A stretch of 62,003 nt of DNA, the filler included, from Basidiobolus ranarum (Eukaryota): the NCBI GenBank assembly GCA_040143965.1. It is 2 parts of 2 records of this genome, joined end to end, with 100 filler letters (N's around TTAATTAATTAA, not from the genome) between each part and the next. Parts side by side here need not be neighbours in the genome. Positions count along the whole stretch, not along the records: positions 1 to 30,958 come from JASJQH010006969.1; positions 31,059 to 62,003 come from JASJQH010006970.1. One strand, 5' to 3'. Under the pieces are notes generated by a model. It saw only the letters and a list, made by a program, of their open reading frames with translations. It ran no database searches and was not told where the DNA came from. Numbering within the stretch: position 1 is the first letter of the stretch; the number at the start of each line of letters is the position of its first letter. Shown piece after piece: positions 23,462 through 36,338 of the stretch. Both the position numbers and the translations under genes were made by a program.

Positions 23462-25160
23462 CTAAGAAATAGATTGAGAACCAGCAGTTTTAGACACGTG
23501 GATCTCTGGTATATCAAGGTTTAGCTTATCGATAGAGAAAGGTAGACCATCAGAACTGCCATTTGATGGTGAACTGGAGGAATGGTCTTCTTCCGCTATA
23601 TCAGGGATAGTCGGTATAAATTCTGACGGGTTACCAGGACTAGAACTTTGGCTTCCATCTCTACTTTCGAGGCTCATCGTGTCCGATGAACGACTCCAGC
23701 GTTTACTCATTCTGTTGACAATAGCTATGACTTCCACAGCCTTACGTAGCGTGCGACGGGGGTCGAAGTTTTCACGTACATTGCTCAAAAGATCGACTTC
23801 GCGAGCAGTTTGGCCAGCTAACCATCTATGGCACAATGCCTGGTCTGCAGTTAGGCGTGTGTCCGGATTAGGATCCAGGAGATGTCTAATAAAATCCTTA
23901 GCTTATGATGAATAGAATTAGTAACTGATCAATGTTGGCTAAAAATCCATTCTAAAACTACCATCTTCTGATATATTGCACCAGTATTTTTCATCGAATT
24001 TGTATTTTGCTTTGCTCAAAGCCTTCACGTATTCCGGATGGCCCTCCCAACGTTGAAAGGGCAAGTATCCACAAAGTCTAAAGCAAACATATTAGCGCCT
24101 GCCTAACCCTAAGACAGTAATTATGGTTGCTTACAGGATGTACGTAGTAACCCTAATTAAGAAAAATAAATTTGATGGAATTAGTTAAATGTTAGTTATC
24201 TACCCATTTAATTTTCAACTACAAACCCTACACTCCACATGTCAACCGGCTTTCCATATCCTCTTTTCCAAAAGATTTCAGGCGCTAGATGAGTGGATAT
24301 CATTAGCTTGAGATAAGGTTATAGAAATGGCCCATTCACAATACCTGTATAACCCCGGGACCCACAAACACTTTTTAATACATCCTGATCGTCTTCTACT
24401 GATCTCGACACACTAAAGAACCGCCAGGTCAAACAACTGCAAAGCTGGTATTCTATATTGTTTTCTTACCCAAAATCTACAACCATTAGAGGTGCCTCAG
24501 GACTAGGATCTTTGAATAGGAGATTCTCGGGCTTAATGTCTACAATCAACAAATTATTAGCATATTGAGACACACTGGATGGATATTTCAAGGTCACCTC
24601 TATGCACCACATTGTTTTCATGTAAGTAAGCCACCGTTTCTATCAGAGTTCGTATGACTTTCACTGCATCTTTCTCAGTGAACTTTCCTTGCTCAATCAT
24701 TCGTTCGAAAAGTTCTCCACCTCTAGCACTAAGAAAAATTTTTCAACAAAAATCCTTATAGCGGTCTTACTGAAATTTGCTTACAGTTCAAATACGAGAT
24801 AGAACTTGGTTTTTGACTCGAACCAGTCGATAAGACTTATAACATTAGGATGCTTCAACTTTCCAACTGTCTCGAGTTCTCTATAGACCAAGTGCATTCC
24901 TTCGCCTAACCGTTCTTTCAAAATTATCTTTATGGCTACTAATTGGCCCGTCTTTACAACTTGAGCCTCTTTTACTGTACCATAACTACCGGAGCCTGAA
25001 ATACAAATAGTTTTAGAATACTCTTCTTGAAGTAAATGGAAGACGGAGTGTAGAGTTTTCTTTTGGTGATTGTGATTCTGTTACCTAAGGTTTTTCCAAT
25101 CCTATATCGACGTTTCTTTTCGTGACTGGCTGGTTGTAAAAGTCTATTGATGAAGTTCAT
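23462..25160 (-). CDS. Ca2+/calmodulin-dependent protein kinase, CaMK1 type (multi-exon)
   Basis: KTLG|SGSYG, VAIK, HRDIKPEN, DFG, CGSPGYT|APE, DMWSVG, and a CaM-binding-like helix [17 protein letters not shown]. Confidence 0.9.
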
Positions 25161-25934
25161 ATTCCCCTTCTATGTGTTTCAACTCTTCTCTTTATCTACG
25201 TTGACAATAGAGCGTGGTGATCAATGTTATGATGCAGATACGAGTCAAGCAGTTATGCGCAGTGTGACTGTAAGTAATCATTTCAGCACTAGTCTAGATA
25301 GATTATGGAATCCAGTATCTAGAAGTAAGCACCCAAAAACTCATTAACGAATCGAAGTTCTTTCGAAGATTCCTGTTTATATATTTCAGCAAAAGATACA
25401 TGATGATTGGTCTATTGTCAGGATCAATTTTATCGCAACTGTAAGCCTCATTATGATCTTACCAACTCTGTACGCATTCTCCTGACTAATGTGTCTCTAA
25501 ATCTCGGTATTTGAAGTAGGAAGATTTACTTACACTCATAGAATATTCACTAGAACAGCGGTACATTCTTCAATTGCTGATTTAACACTAGTTTGGATTC
25601 AAATGATTCGGATAAGTGTGCAGATTGATCAGTGGATTAAGATAACCCATTTTGTACGACAAACAACTGATGTTAAGTCATATTTGAATTTATTGCCTCG
25701 AATGTTAATTTACAAAATCGAAATATGGACATATAACCGCTGAGATCACGACGACGACAACCACAACCTTGAGAAAGAAAAATAAACACACAAGTTCTTG
25801 AAATTGGGATAAAAAAAATACGATAATAATGGATATCTTGAATTTGGGTATAAGTTCGAATTCCAAAAAAAATACACAGAAGAGAAAAAATGTAATTCTA
25901 AATTTTATACAGAGTACGGAATGAAGCAAAACCC

Positions 25935-27360
25935 CTAGAGATCTTCGGAAAAACACTGAAAGAATCCGTTTTTTCCAGACTCGACCATATCCAAATGATC
26001 AACAATTGGCAGACTGTAGGCACTAGATTGCGATAGGCAATTCTCAGAGGCTGAATCGTTGTAGTAAATATTCATCTCTGGCTCACTGTTGAATCCGGAG
26101 TTGAGTTGATAATTTGGAAATTGATCGCTTCCAAACATCATGTCTGTGTTGTTGGATTTGGATGGCGTCCAATTTGCCATGTTATTATCGCAAAACAATG
26201 GATCAATCATGTTAGATGCGCATGGTGTACCCAACCCATAGTTATTTTGCATGCCATTGCCCAAAAGATCAAGGATAGCGTTGGGGTCACAACCCGAGTA
26301 GAATGTACCATCAGTTTCGATGAACGAGTTTGTGGGCGTCAATAAATTCTCATTGTAGAGTGATTGAGGGGTGTTCACTAGTTCGGGTGTGAACATAGTC
26401 GACTCCGACGGAAGGTTCATTGGAGGAGTAGTGTTATTAGTTCCAGAGGGATCCATGATGAAGAAATTGCTCTTCTGGTTTGGAGTTCTGGATTGTCCAC
26501 CTGTTTGGATAGGAGTGTGGGGTAGCTGAACTATCCGAGTATAAGGCATGACCTTGGAACGGGAAGCGCTATTGTGACCGATGCTTTTCTTTTTAGCTGA
26601 GACACGATATGATGATTTTTGATTTTTAAAGGCTTCTGCTTCTTTAGTTGCTTTGTTGCTACCATTTTTCTCAAGGGAACTCTTGGGAGTTTCATCGGTA
26701 CCTTTCTTACCGACATCATCCGAGTCTTTAGTTAGATTCTCCCCCTTTGAGCTGCCTTCCTTGGATTCTAGTTGTTGCTCTTTGTCTTGTTTCTTTTCAA
26801 GATCGTATCCTTTTGGGATATCCAGTTGACCATTCTTAAAGAACTGTTTGTAGTCCTCTTTAACGACCCAATAGCTTCCTTTTCCTGGGGTTCCTTTCTC
26901 CTTAGGCAACTGATCAAATGCTCGATGTAACGAAAGATTGTGACGAATGGAATTCTAATAGAAATAATTCCGGTTAGTGGATGGGAAAATCACAATTTCT
27001 ATTTAAATTTTATCTTACCTGCCATTGTTTACTACAAAATTGATAGTATGTATAGTGTTTCTTGATATAGGCGTATATATCTTGAAGTAGTAAACGTTGT
27101 TCTGGTGAGCTCAGTATAGCTTGGGCTATAAGTGACGCGTAGGTAAAATCAGGTTCGAGAACCAACCCCTTGGGCGTAAAGGCGTAGTTACCTTGAGGAT
27201 TGTGAGTATGAAATGGGGCTTCATAAGAACGGATATTGGTAATAGGAGTGGAGGGGAGACTGGAAAATGAGCAATCAGAAGCAACTGATGATTCTCTCGA
27301 ATAACTTGGTAAAGACATTACTTCGTGTGCAAAACCGACATATTCCGGAAACTGCTGCAT
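25935..27360 (-). CDS. Forkhead (winged-helix) transcription factor (2 exons)
   Basis: PDFTYASLIAQAILSSPEQRLLLQDIY..WQ|NSIRHNLSLHRAF..PGKGSYW, with an intron at ~26955-27018. Confidence 0.92.
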
Positions 27361-29208
27361 CTTTAAAACTTGGATAAAAAGCGGAACAAAGACGAAATGT
27401 GAAACGGTAAAGGATTTGGGTTGAGGATGGGCAAAGGAGACACAAGCCAGCTAAGTCTTAACTATTTTGTAAACAGAGGAATCACCAGGACTAAACAAAC
27501 GTAACGTAGGTTGTATTTGTGATAACAACACTTATATACGATCCGAGTTTATCACTGGTTCACCACAGGGGGATCCCCTGGTTGAATTGCTGATAGTATA
27601 TAGGTAAGACAGGAAATTGTCTGGAAGTCACCCAGAGATTGTGAATTCATAACAATTTTACCATCATAAAACCACTAAAGCGAGAGCGATTCCCGCATCA
27701 GTTGGCCAATCAGTGTCAGTGATATTGTGATGAATTTTAGCCATATGGCAGTGTCTCAGTCGAAGGTATCACTTGTTTATATATAACCATTAATTTTAAA
27801 AATATGTACAGCGATTGATACGCTTGATGGACCACTTGCATACTACCGCCCCGCCATCTTCAGCAGCTTTGTGAGAAATATGATGTCCAACTCGTTAGTC
27901 ATCAAACTGGCTTCCTTCTCACAATATTGGGGGATATGAACCAAACGGGGTCTGCTCCTGAAAAGTTGCATTAAGAAATCATCCTAATCTGCGTAAATTG
28001 AAAGCAAATAGTAAACAAACCTAGTCCAATCAAATCAATGTCAACAATGGCCAAGGGGTGAAGGTGACGTTTTATTGGATGATTTTTATCTGGCAGAAGC
28101 GATTGGAGCATTATTCATTTGACCTCGACTAACATGTTCCAATCAATCATCATAATCTTGGGTTAGGTGATGTTGAGATGAGGCTACAGAAAATATTACC
28201 TAGTCTCTTCATTCGTATCGGGAGTTTTAATATACCAGGAATCATTACGTCTCCTTCGACTGACACATGATTCATCAATCTCATAAACTTTATACCTTGC
28301 TGCCTTATTTGATAGTCTCAGCCACTAATCAGAGATACACAATCAAATTCTACTAGCCCATCCATAATCAGTACTTGCAAAATCAGCTGGATCTATTGTC
28401 TTGTCAAGTATAATAAGTCATCGTGATTTGGTAATTAGAAGCGATGAAATGAGTCAACAAACCGTTACAGGTTTTCTTTCAATATTGTTGCTGTACATTC
28501 TCTAAATAATATTCCGCCATAATTCTCCCTTTCACATTAACATTTCATATTATTTTATTAGAGGTAACTATGCTTTTGAAGTAACTATAGCATACGTAGC
28601 CTATTCCATATACATACATGGTTAATTCCTCTGGCCAAGTATGCTACGGTGTTCGAGCGAATCTGTAAACAGCACATATATAACATATTCGCAACTTAAA
28701 TCTGAGTACTGATCTTATATAGATTTAGCAAATACCGCGAGTGCTCAAAGCATTCAGGGCATATTTGAACTCTCAATTTCGAGGCAGTAAACTTCATTGC
28801 CTTCGTGCATATTCATGATATTCATGTCTATATTTCTATTATTCACTGTTCAAATTATGGTGCATTAGCCATTACTGCGTTATATATCTCATATGGTTGA
28901 ATTCGTTATTCAAATGCCACTTGCTTTATATCCAGACAATTAAACTGCTACATGATTTGTCATTTTGAAAAACATATCGCTAATATGGAATATTCTCAAA
29001 ACCAAAAATAGCTCGAATTCTTTCAAATCTACACAGGCCAGTGATGCTTTACATTTACCATGCAGGGACTTGGTATCATGACTAATAAAAATTAAACACA
29101 ATCTTAGACTAAAAGAAAAATGATGCTGACTTTCAAGTGAAGCTCAAAGGTCATTATTGCAGAGATATTGGAGTTAGGCACTTCAAAATTAATATGCCTA
29201 GTATGCCA

Positions 29209-29337
29209 ATTGAGATCTGGACTACTTGAAAGCTAGTCCAGGATTTCTAAATCTAGCCATCTGAGAGTTTCCAGGGCCTTCTTAGATATATGCTTGGGAT
29301 CTCCATCTTCCTGATAAATGATGTCTTCTGGTTCAAA
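29209..29337 (-). mobile_element. Tc1/mariner DDE transposase relic
   Basis: Translates FEPEDIIYQEDGDPKHISKKALETLRWLDLEILD*LSSSPDLN, matching the Tc1 pattern QQDNDPKH...DWPSQSPDLN. It is cut at 29338 by the copia LTR. Confidence 0.8.
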
Positions 29338-29338
29338 T

Positions 29339-30785
29339 TGTTGAAATTAGCATTGCCTAAACACCTATATAGTCATATATAGCTTAGTACTTAGTTATTT
29401 TATAATTCACTAAGATATTATCCATTATTCTCAATTGGAATATACTTGGAATATTTTTACCAACTTAGAAGTTCTCAAATATATAGATTTTTCAAACTTG
29501 TGCTAGAAGCCAAAAGCTTTGCATACATGTTCCTAAGACCTTCCTTAACTGATTCTGCATGTTAGTATGTATACATCTTGACAAAACTACAAATGTCAAC
29601 CAAATACTCAAAAAATCACTAATTGAAAACCACCAAATTCTCTAATTCTCCAAACCACTTCCAACAGGCTCCCAAATACTTTAACAGGTTATGAGCCCTG
29701 AGCTTGCACTCTCTGTAATGCCTACTTCTCAAATTTATGGAACTTTTCCCTCTTCTGAAAAATTGGATGGAACCAATTATCAAGTTTGGAAAATTAAAAT
29801 GAAAATGCTGCTACAAGAAAAAGGACTATAGGACACTGCTGTAGACAAAGAAAACAATGCAAAACAATCTGAAACCAAAGTTTTACTCCAGGTTAAATAA
29901 GAACAAAGTGCCTTTAACACAACTTGTGTTAATGTCTAAAACATATTGGTAATTCAATGTTCAAGAGCTAAGGCTTCCAAGACAGTATTGAAAGCCTTGG
30001 AAGACACCTACTAAGCAAGTTATGCAGCCAACAAGATGTTTCTAAGAAAACAATTCTTTAAATTAAAGATGAAGCCAGGAAAAGACATTAAATCAATGAT
30101 TAATAGAGTCACTATTTTAGTAGATGAAATGGAATACATTGCAATACCTACCACCAGTCAAGATATCATTGTCACAGTCCTGAATAGCCTGCTACACAAG
30201 TTTCTGAGCCTAGTAATGGCTCTAGAATCAAAAACTGAAAATCTGACCTTAAATTATGTATATGGCAGACTTCTGGGTGAAGATTTACACAAGTTGGGAT
30301 CCAACCAAAAGAATGAAGAAAATGCTTTAATAGGCTATGAGAAACCTTCCTATAATGGTCAAAGGCACTTTAAGAAGAAAAGTAACACATTCTGTGATTA
30401 ATGCAAGCAAACTGGCCATTGAAGCAAAGATTACTTTAAAAGATTGGCAAAAGAAGAAAAACATACTGAATCTGGAAATGTAGTCATAACAGAAGATCAC
30501 TTGTTAATATCTGCTCTATCTATGACTACCAACAAGGATTCTCAGATATGGTATATTGATTCTGAAGCCTCCCAACCTTTCACAAATGAAAAACAGTGAT
30601 GTGTGCATTATGAACAAATCCCAATTAGAAAGGTCTTCATGGGAGATGACTGCACATTGGATGCTATTAGAATGGGAACAATTCAAGTCAATTTAACTGG
30701 AGCTTCTGAAGAGAAAGTGTATACTTTTAAGGATGTACTACATGTTCCAAATATTGCCAAAAATGTAATATCTGTATGCAAGGCT
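29339..30785 (+). mobile_element. Degenerate Ty1/copia retrotransposon 5' part: LTR 29339-29686, PBS 29687-29700, broken gag-protease
   Basis: LTR TGTTGAA..TTTAACA and PBS GGTTATGAGCCC. Gag reads KLDGTNYQVWKIKMKMLLQEKGL*; ORF 30036-30401 is gag-like; broken CCHC knuckle CD*CKQTGH; protease WYIDSEAS; DVLHVPNIAKNVISV. Confidence 0.92.
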
Positions 30786-30958
30786 GTTGGATAATTAATC
30801 TTTATTCAACATCATAGTTAACTTTAGTTATGATACATATATCAGACACAGAAAGCAACATATCTATAGCCCCTATATTCTAAATAGGAATATCTCTATA
30901 TCTATATAACAAGTATGTCTTATTACCCCCACTTATCTATTATATCTTATTACACAAA
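30786..30958 (+). mobile_element. Probable second LTR start inserted in copia pol
   Basis: Pol similarity stops at TGTTGGATAA, followed by AT-rich CpG-free sequence up to the gap. Confidence 0.45.
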
Positions 30959-31058
30959 NNNNNNNNNNNNNNNNNNNNNNNNNNNNNNNNNNNNNNNNNN
31001 NNTTAATTAATTAANNNNNNNNNNNNNNNNNNNNNNNNNNNNNNNNNNNNNNNNNNNN
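30959..31058. other. Assembly gap spacer (44 N + TTAATTAATTAA + 44 N)
   Basis: Exactly 100 nt with a six-frame stop linker. This is artificial. Confidence 0.97.
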
Positions 31059-31067
31059 ACTAACATT

Positions 31068-31313
31068 AGGGGTGTGTTCAGAACATTTGTGGGAGTAAAA
31101 TCAGCTATATTTGGGGCAATTTAGACAAGTTTGAATTTCCAATATGGCATTGCTAATTCTCATATTATTCTCATATATATATAATATATGTTCTGATTTG
31201 CAGTCAAGTGATATTTGACTAAATAATGTTAACTAACTTATTTGTGATATATGAAATAGTTAGGTGTTTAAGTATAGAGATAACAAATATGATAAAGACA
31301 ATAAACTTCAACA
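31068..31313 (+). mobile_element. Polypurine tract plus LTR of a second LTR family
   Basis: AGGGGTG|TGTTCAG...AATAAACTTCAACA; the last ~100 nt match 31875-31975. Confidence 0.6.
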
Positions 31314-31488
31314 GTTAATGGAATGAAATGAGAGTGTAGTAAAATATTTGAAATTGAAGAGAACTTAGTTGAGCCAGAAGTTCATATTAATATATCTGTA
31401 ATTATGGAAACTTAAGAAGAAGAGTTCAGAATGTGTAAGAATACTGAATCTGAAGTTTAGCCTAATGTTCACATAAGTAATAATGATA

Positions 31489-31975
31489 TGTTGGAAACTC
31501 AATATTTAGTATCATGTATCAGTGGTTGTCTTGTACCTTACTGTACTCTAACACGCTAAATACAATCTGTCTGAGATCTTCTATTGAATAAAGCTGTCTA
31601 GGATGCATATATATGCAGCTATAAGAGAACCGAATATGGCCTTGTCAGCTTTTATCACACTACGCTGAATCTTAGTGTGTATAAGATCATCAAGATTAGT
31701 GAGATCACCTTCATAGCATAAAGAACTGCCATTTGGGCTCTGCTTAAGCAGCGTGACAAATAGCATGTAAAACATAGAGTAAATAACAAGAAATGATCAT
31801 TTGAAATAATGCATGCAACAAAATGAATAAACTGTGAGCAGTAGTGTATATGTTCTGCTTTTGAGCAAAGTGATACCTGACTAAACGATGTCAACTAACT
31901 TAGATGTGATGTATGGAATAGTTAGGTGGATGAAGATAGAGATAAGAAGTATGATAAAGAAAATAAACTTCAACA
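31489..31975 (+). mobile_element. Solo LTR-like element, second family
   Basis: TGTTGG...TTCAACA inverted termini and a 3' end shared with 31210-31313. No clear TSD. Confidence 0.6.
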
Positions 31976-32484
31976 TCTTGGATAATTTGGTAGTTACTGG
32001 AAATGATTAAATACATAGTTGGCGCATTTTGATGTGAGAACATTGTAGTCATCATGTGAATAAACTACCCATCTGATACCTTTGAGTAAGTATTAACCCA
32101 TAGACATCGCAAGTAGAGTTATTTTCAATATCCAATTGAATTTTATTTTACAAATTATTTTATGAGGAAAATATTGAACACGATCAAGAAGAAAGAATTG
32201 GCATACAAAAAGTGGATGTGGTAATTACATGGTAGAGTGATTTCTATGTTGGAAGGATGTGGTAAAAGGTATTGAAAACTTCATCATACAGGCGATCGGG
32301 TGAATGTAACTTCAAAATTATTTGGTCACTGGAAGAATAATGACCGGGTGAAAAAAATTGGTAACTCTCTCGGGTAGAAATGAATCAGGACAGCTCGTAC
32401 TTTTCAAGGGTATGTTGAAGAAAGCTGACTACCTTCTTACTCTAGTGTATATGATAAGGTTAATGTGGATTGGATCATTATACT

Positions 32485-33759
32485 CTATTTCTTAAGTTCG
32501 TTGTGGTCGGAATGGTCTGCTGTCATACTGTCTCTTTCCATTTGATCGCTATTTACCACCACAATCGCCGGTGAGGTAGATACATTCTTTACGCCTCTTC
32601 CTTCGGCAGCCAGTTCTCTTCTTAGCAATTCGTCACTGTAAAGGCTACGCTGATTGTTTTGAGCGGTTTCTTCTCCATTTAGACTATTATTACTAAGCAT
32701 GGCACGATATGTATGTGACAGAAGCCGGGCATCTTTGACTGTAAGTCGTAAGGAACTACGTCTATTGACTGAATCTGACGAAGATAAAGGAGTGCCAAAA
32801 TCCACTTCACTCATAGAACTATCACTTTGTAGAGTACTGGATGTGAGTGGACGTATTATAGGCTCTCTAATAGACGGTGGATTATGAATGGCTCGACTTT
32901 GATTGGCTTCCAACATCTCTTTCGCTTTAGACTTTTTTCTACGATGAATAAGTAATAGAACACATGCTACAAGGGTTACCAAACCAATCGAACCTAGAAT
33001 GATACCAATAATTGCTCCAGTTGATAGACTCGGCTTTGATGAATCATTGTAATTCTCTTGGGGAGAACCGTTGGTATTAGTGCTTTTCGATAGCCCAGTG
33101 GATGTAGGAGGACCCTTCGTAGGAGTCGGACTGGAACTATTGGCGGGTGGGTTATAATCTAATGTAGGTGTAAGTATTACACTTCATTCGGATAGTTTAC
33201 CATAAATTGCATACCATCAATGAAAAAGTTGTCTCCTTTACCCGCAATACTCTCATCCGATCCAGGTGCCAATATTACGAAATAACATTCTCGAGTGACT
33301 GTCGTATTAGGTCTAGTTGGATCGGGAGGGAAAATGGGGAACTGTGGTGGATAATTCTTCACCGTATAAAATCCCTGGTCATTGGTTATATCCAACCATT
33401 GTTTGACAAGGGTCGGTGGGGAAGTTGCTTCGTATAATTTGATATTAACATAGCCACCAAGTAAAAAAGTGGGATATTTGTTCCACCATCTTACAAAATA
33501 TTCCTTATTTACCACCCATCTGTCCCCTTTCTCTGGTAAGCAGTAGACAGTTGGTCCACAGGGTTTTGTCAGTTTACTTACTGAAAAATAACAAAAATAT
33601 TAGAATTCTGTCACGGTTGAAGGTGAATAGCTTGGTGGAAATAATACCATCATCAGGTCCAACGGTAATATTGGCAGGTGAACTCGTGGTTTGGGAGAAG
33701 ATGGGAGTCACCTGGTACAGTATTAGAAATAGCCCTCCAGAAAGGCATTTCAAACGCAT
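32485..33759 (-). CDS. Type I single-pass membrane protein, Mid2/Skg6-like architecture (3 exons)
   Basis: Signal peptide, ectodomain (CGPTVYCLPEKGDRWVVNKEYFVRWWN), S/T/P stalk, TM LSTGAIIGIILGSIGLVTLVACVLLLIHRRKK, cytoplasmic tail. Confidence 0.75.
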
Positions 33760-34182
33760 ATTGAATCAAAGTTCTTTACTGGACAAGGTTAGGCTTAGCG
33801 AAAGTAAGTTATGAACCAAAAGGAAGTGTCAATATGAGAACAGGAACAAAGTAGTACAGGTTAAAGATAAGCTAACCAAGTCTAAAACGGACGAGTTTGT
33901 GGCTATCTAAGCATAATCGAGGTATTTTTACTACTAACAATGTCATAGTTTATTAGCTAATATGTCTATTTTGAGCGCAAGCATTTGTTTGATAAAATAA
34001 TAGAAGTCGTTCGAGTGCCCACTAAGCCATCTGAATGCGAATGGCTACAATCGGTCACATGAACACTATGGGGGGATCCGGATCATAACGCCTTGACTAC
34101 GTGCTCATAATATAATAATCCTAATTGCATAGACCACAGATACGCCAACATAGTAACTTTCATTACGCACACGGTCTGAAAC

Positions 34183-34257
34183 AGCGCATAATAAGAGGAA
34201 TTCGAGAAAAGAGCGCATAATAAGAGGAATTCGAGAAAAAAGCGCATAATATTCGAT
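34183..34257. repeat. 29-bp tandem repeat, about 2.5 copies
   Basis: agcgcataataagaggaattcgagaaaa at 34183 and 34212, partial at 34241. Confidence 0.85.
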
Positions 34258-35798
34258 ATAACGGCGTTCAATAAAAAGAATTGGAGGAAATAATTTCAAC
34301 GTGAAAAATGTGAAACGAATATACGCTAGTTTTGAAAGCAAGCGAGGATAAATCAGGATTTTAGTAAAGTTACACTGTAGCTAGATGGATCTAGTCTTCA
34401 CTTTTGAAGTCCCCGATTGTGACTTAATTAAGGAGGTGGATTGAATTCATAATAGATTTAGTGCTAGCTCAACCATTCAACCCTATTCATTAAGGGGCGA
34501 CCAAAACTAAATTAATATGGAGTAATGAAAGTTGTAGGAACCAGCACCAGCACCAATACGCGTACAAGCCCAAGGAGCAGATTGATTTACATCGAAATCG
34601 AGCAATCTTACTCAAATGCCCGATAACTCTGTTGGGCCAATTTGTAATCAGTATTAAGGACAATTGTTATAGAAGATACTTTAAACACAACTCAGCCACA
34701 TCATTGCTTGAATCAGCACAACTCCCGTATGGTAGATACATTGAGCACAGTTCCAGTCTAGAGATCTGATGAGTGCTAGGGCTGGTTGCTAGGTTGGATT
34801 GTGTTTGATTCAATACCAAGCGTCATTATTCAAGTGTTGCTATTAGGTAACCGGAATTAGCCTTTACAATTATCTCTCCTAACCCCCATATTTGAGGTAT
34901 TTCGGTCACATTTTGTACATCGAATCAAGACCAATAGATTGGTGCAATGAAAAAGACCAGTCTACTGATTTTCCCAACCACCCCTAGTAGTGAGAAAGCC
35001 AGTGCTACATCTCGTAACGTGCTGACTTTTCCCAGCAAGTCGGAGATTAAGACAATATTGAGTGGGAATCGGAATAATGGTAGCATCAAGAGCGATAGTG
35101 GTCAGAAAACTTTTAAATTCTAGGCATCTAATAAGGCTCGTTGCTGCTTTCTACATTCAGTATTGTGCTGGCATTAGGCATCGTTCAACCGTGCGTCAAA
35201 GAGCATTGGCTTTTAAAGATTGTATAGTCAAGCGTGATCCAATGAATCCAGCCCCCAGGTTTTGAAACAATGTTATAGCCATATATGTTTCTACTAATAG
35301 GATTTGTATTTGTTTACTAAAGTAAATGAGATCTGGTCAGTTCGAGCGTGGGGTATGCTTGACGTTGAGACATCCAGAAACTGGATTTAGTTGGAGTCTC
35401 TCATCAGTCCACTACACAGCATAGTACACTCAGATCGTGAAGTTATGTGGACAATCTTCGATATCCAGACCACCTCCTATGTAGGACCTCTTTTAACTTA
35501 ACAGTGCGAATTGACCATCTCTCACGCTAGATATGGCGAATATAAAGGCGAATGGGTCACCATTCATATCTAACCAACAATCTACTTTCGGATCTCCTCA
35601 GACCACCATTGCAATCCACCCCAAATACATAGCTATACAAGGTCATCGTCGCTCAGACCAGTAACACACACAAATTAGATCTTTTTCAGCCCAGTAGCCA
35701 GCTTCCATTGATACCGTCTTTCGAGATAATATACATTCCTGTATCTAAGCTAGTCAACTTCAAGTATATCTAGTACACACAACAAAATATATCAACCA

Positions 35799-36338
35799 AT
35801 GGATCTTTGCTTCATCCTCAACGTTGACCACAACGAACCAATCCAGCGTCTACGAGATGACTCTTCTGAATCAGACATGGGCTCTGTTGGAGACATCGTA
35901 TGCAGTTGGGAACGCTGCAAAAAAGAGTTCGTAAGAAACTCGGACATGATCAGACATCTACGGACTCATACAGGTGAGAGACCATACAAATGCGAGACTT
36001 GTGGAAAAGGGTTCGTACAGCGCTCAGCACTTCGAGTTCACATTCGCACGCATACCGGTGAGAAGCCCCACCACTGCAAGTACCCTGGATGTGGAAAAAT
36101 GTTCAGTGACAGTTCTTCCTTTGCTCGCCATAGACGCACTCACACTGGCGAGAGGCCATACGTCTGTATGCATCCGCATTGTGGCAAGAGCTACACTAGA
36201 CGGGTTGCATTACTCAAACATCAGAAAAAACACTGTCTAGATACTACTTTCTCTATGAATCTTATGGCTGAAGCGCAAATGTACTCACAAAGATATCATA
36301 AGGATCTAGGACTATACAACGGATACCAGAAATATTAA
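35799..36338 (+). CDS. Four-finger C2H2 zinc-finger transcription factor, copy A
   Basis: Four C2H2 fingers with TGERP/TGEKP linkers, intronless, TATAAAGG at 35541. Confidence 0.9.
   Translation: MDLCFILNVDHNEPIQRLRDDSSESDMGSVGDIVCSWERCKKEFVRNSDMIRHLRTHTGERPYKCETCGKGFVQRSALRVHIRTHTGEKPHHCKYPGCGKMFSDSSSFARHRRTHTGERPYVCMHPHCGKSYTRRVALLKHQKKHCLDTTFSMNLMAEAQMYSQRYHKDLGLYNGYQKY

Noticed and set aside
31003-31014. TTAATTAATTAA palindrome
   Set aside because: Artificial linker inside the N gap.
34183-34257. 29-bp repeats as CRISPR-like array
   Set aside because: Head-to-tail with no spacers, in a eukaryotic genome.
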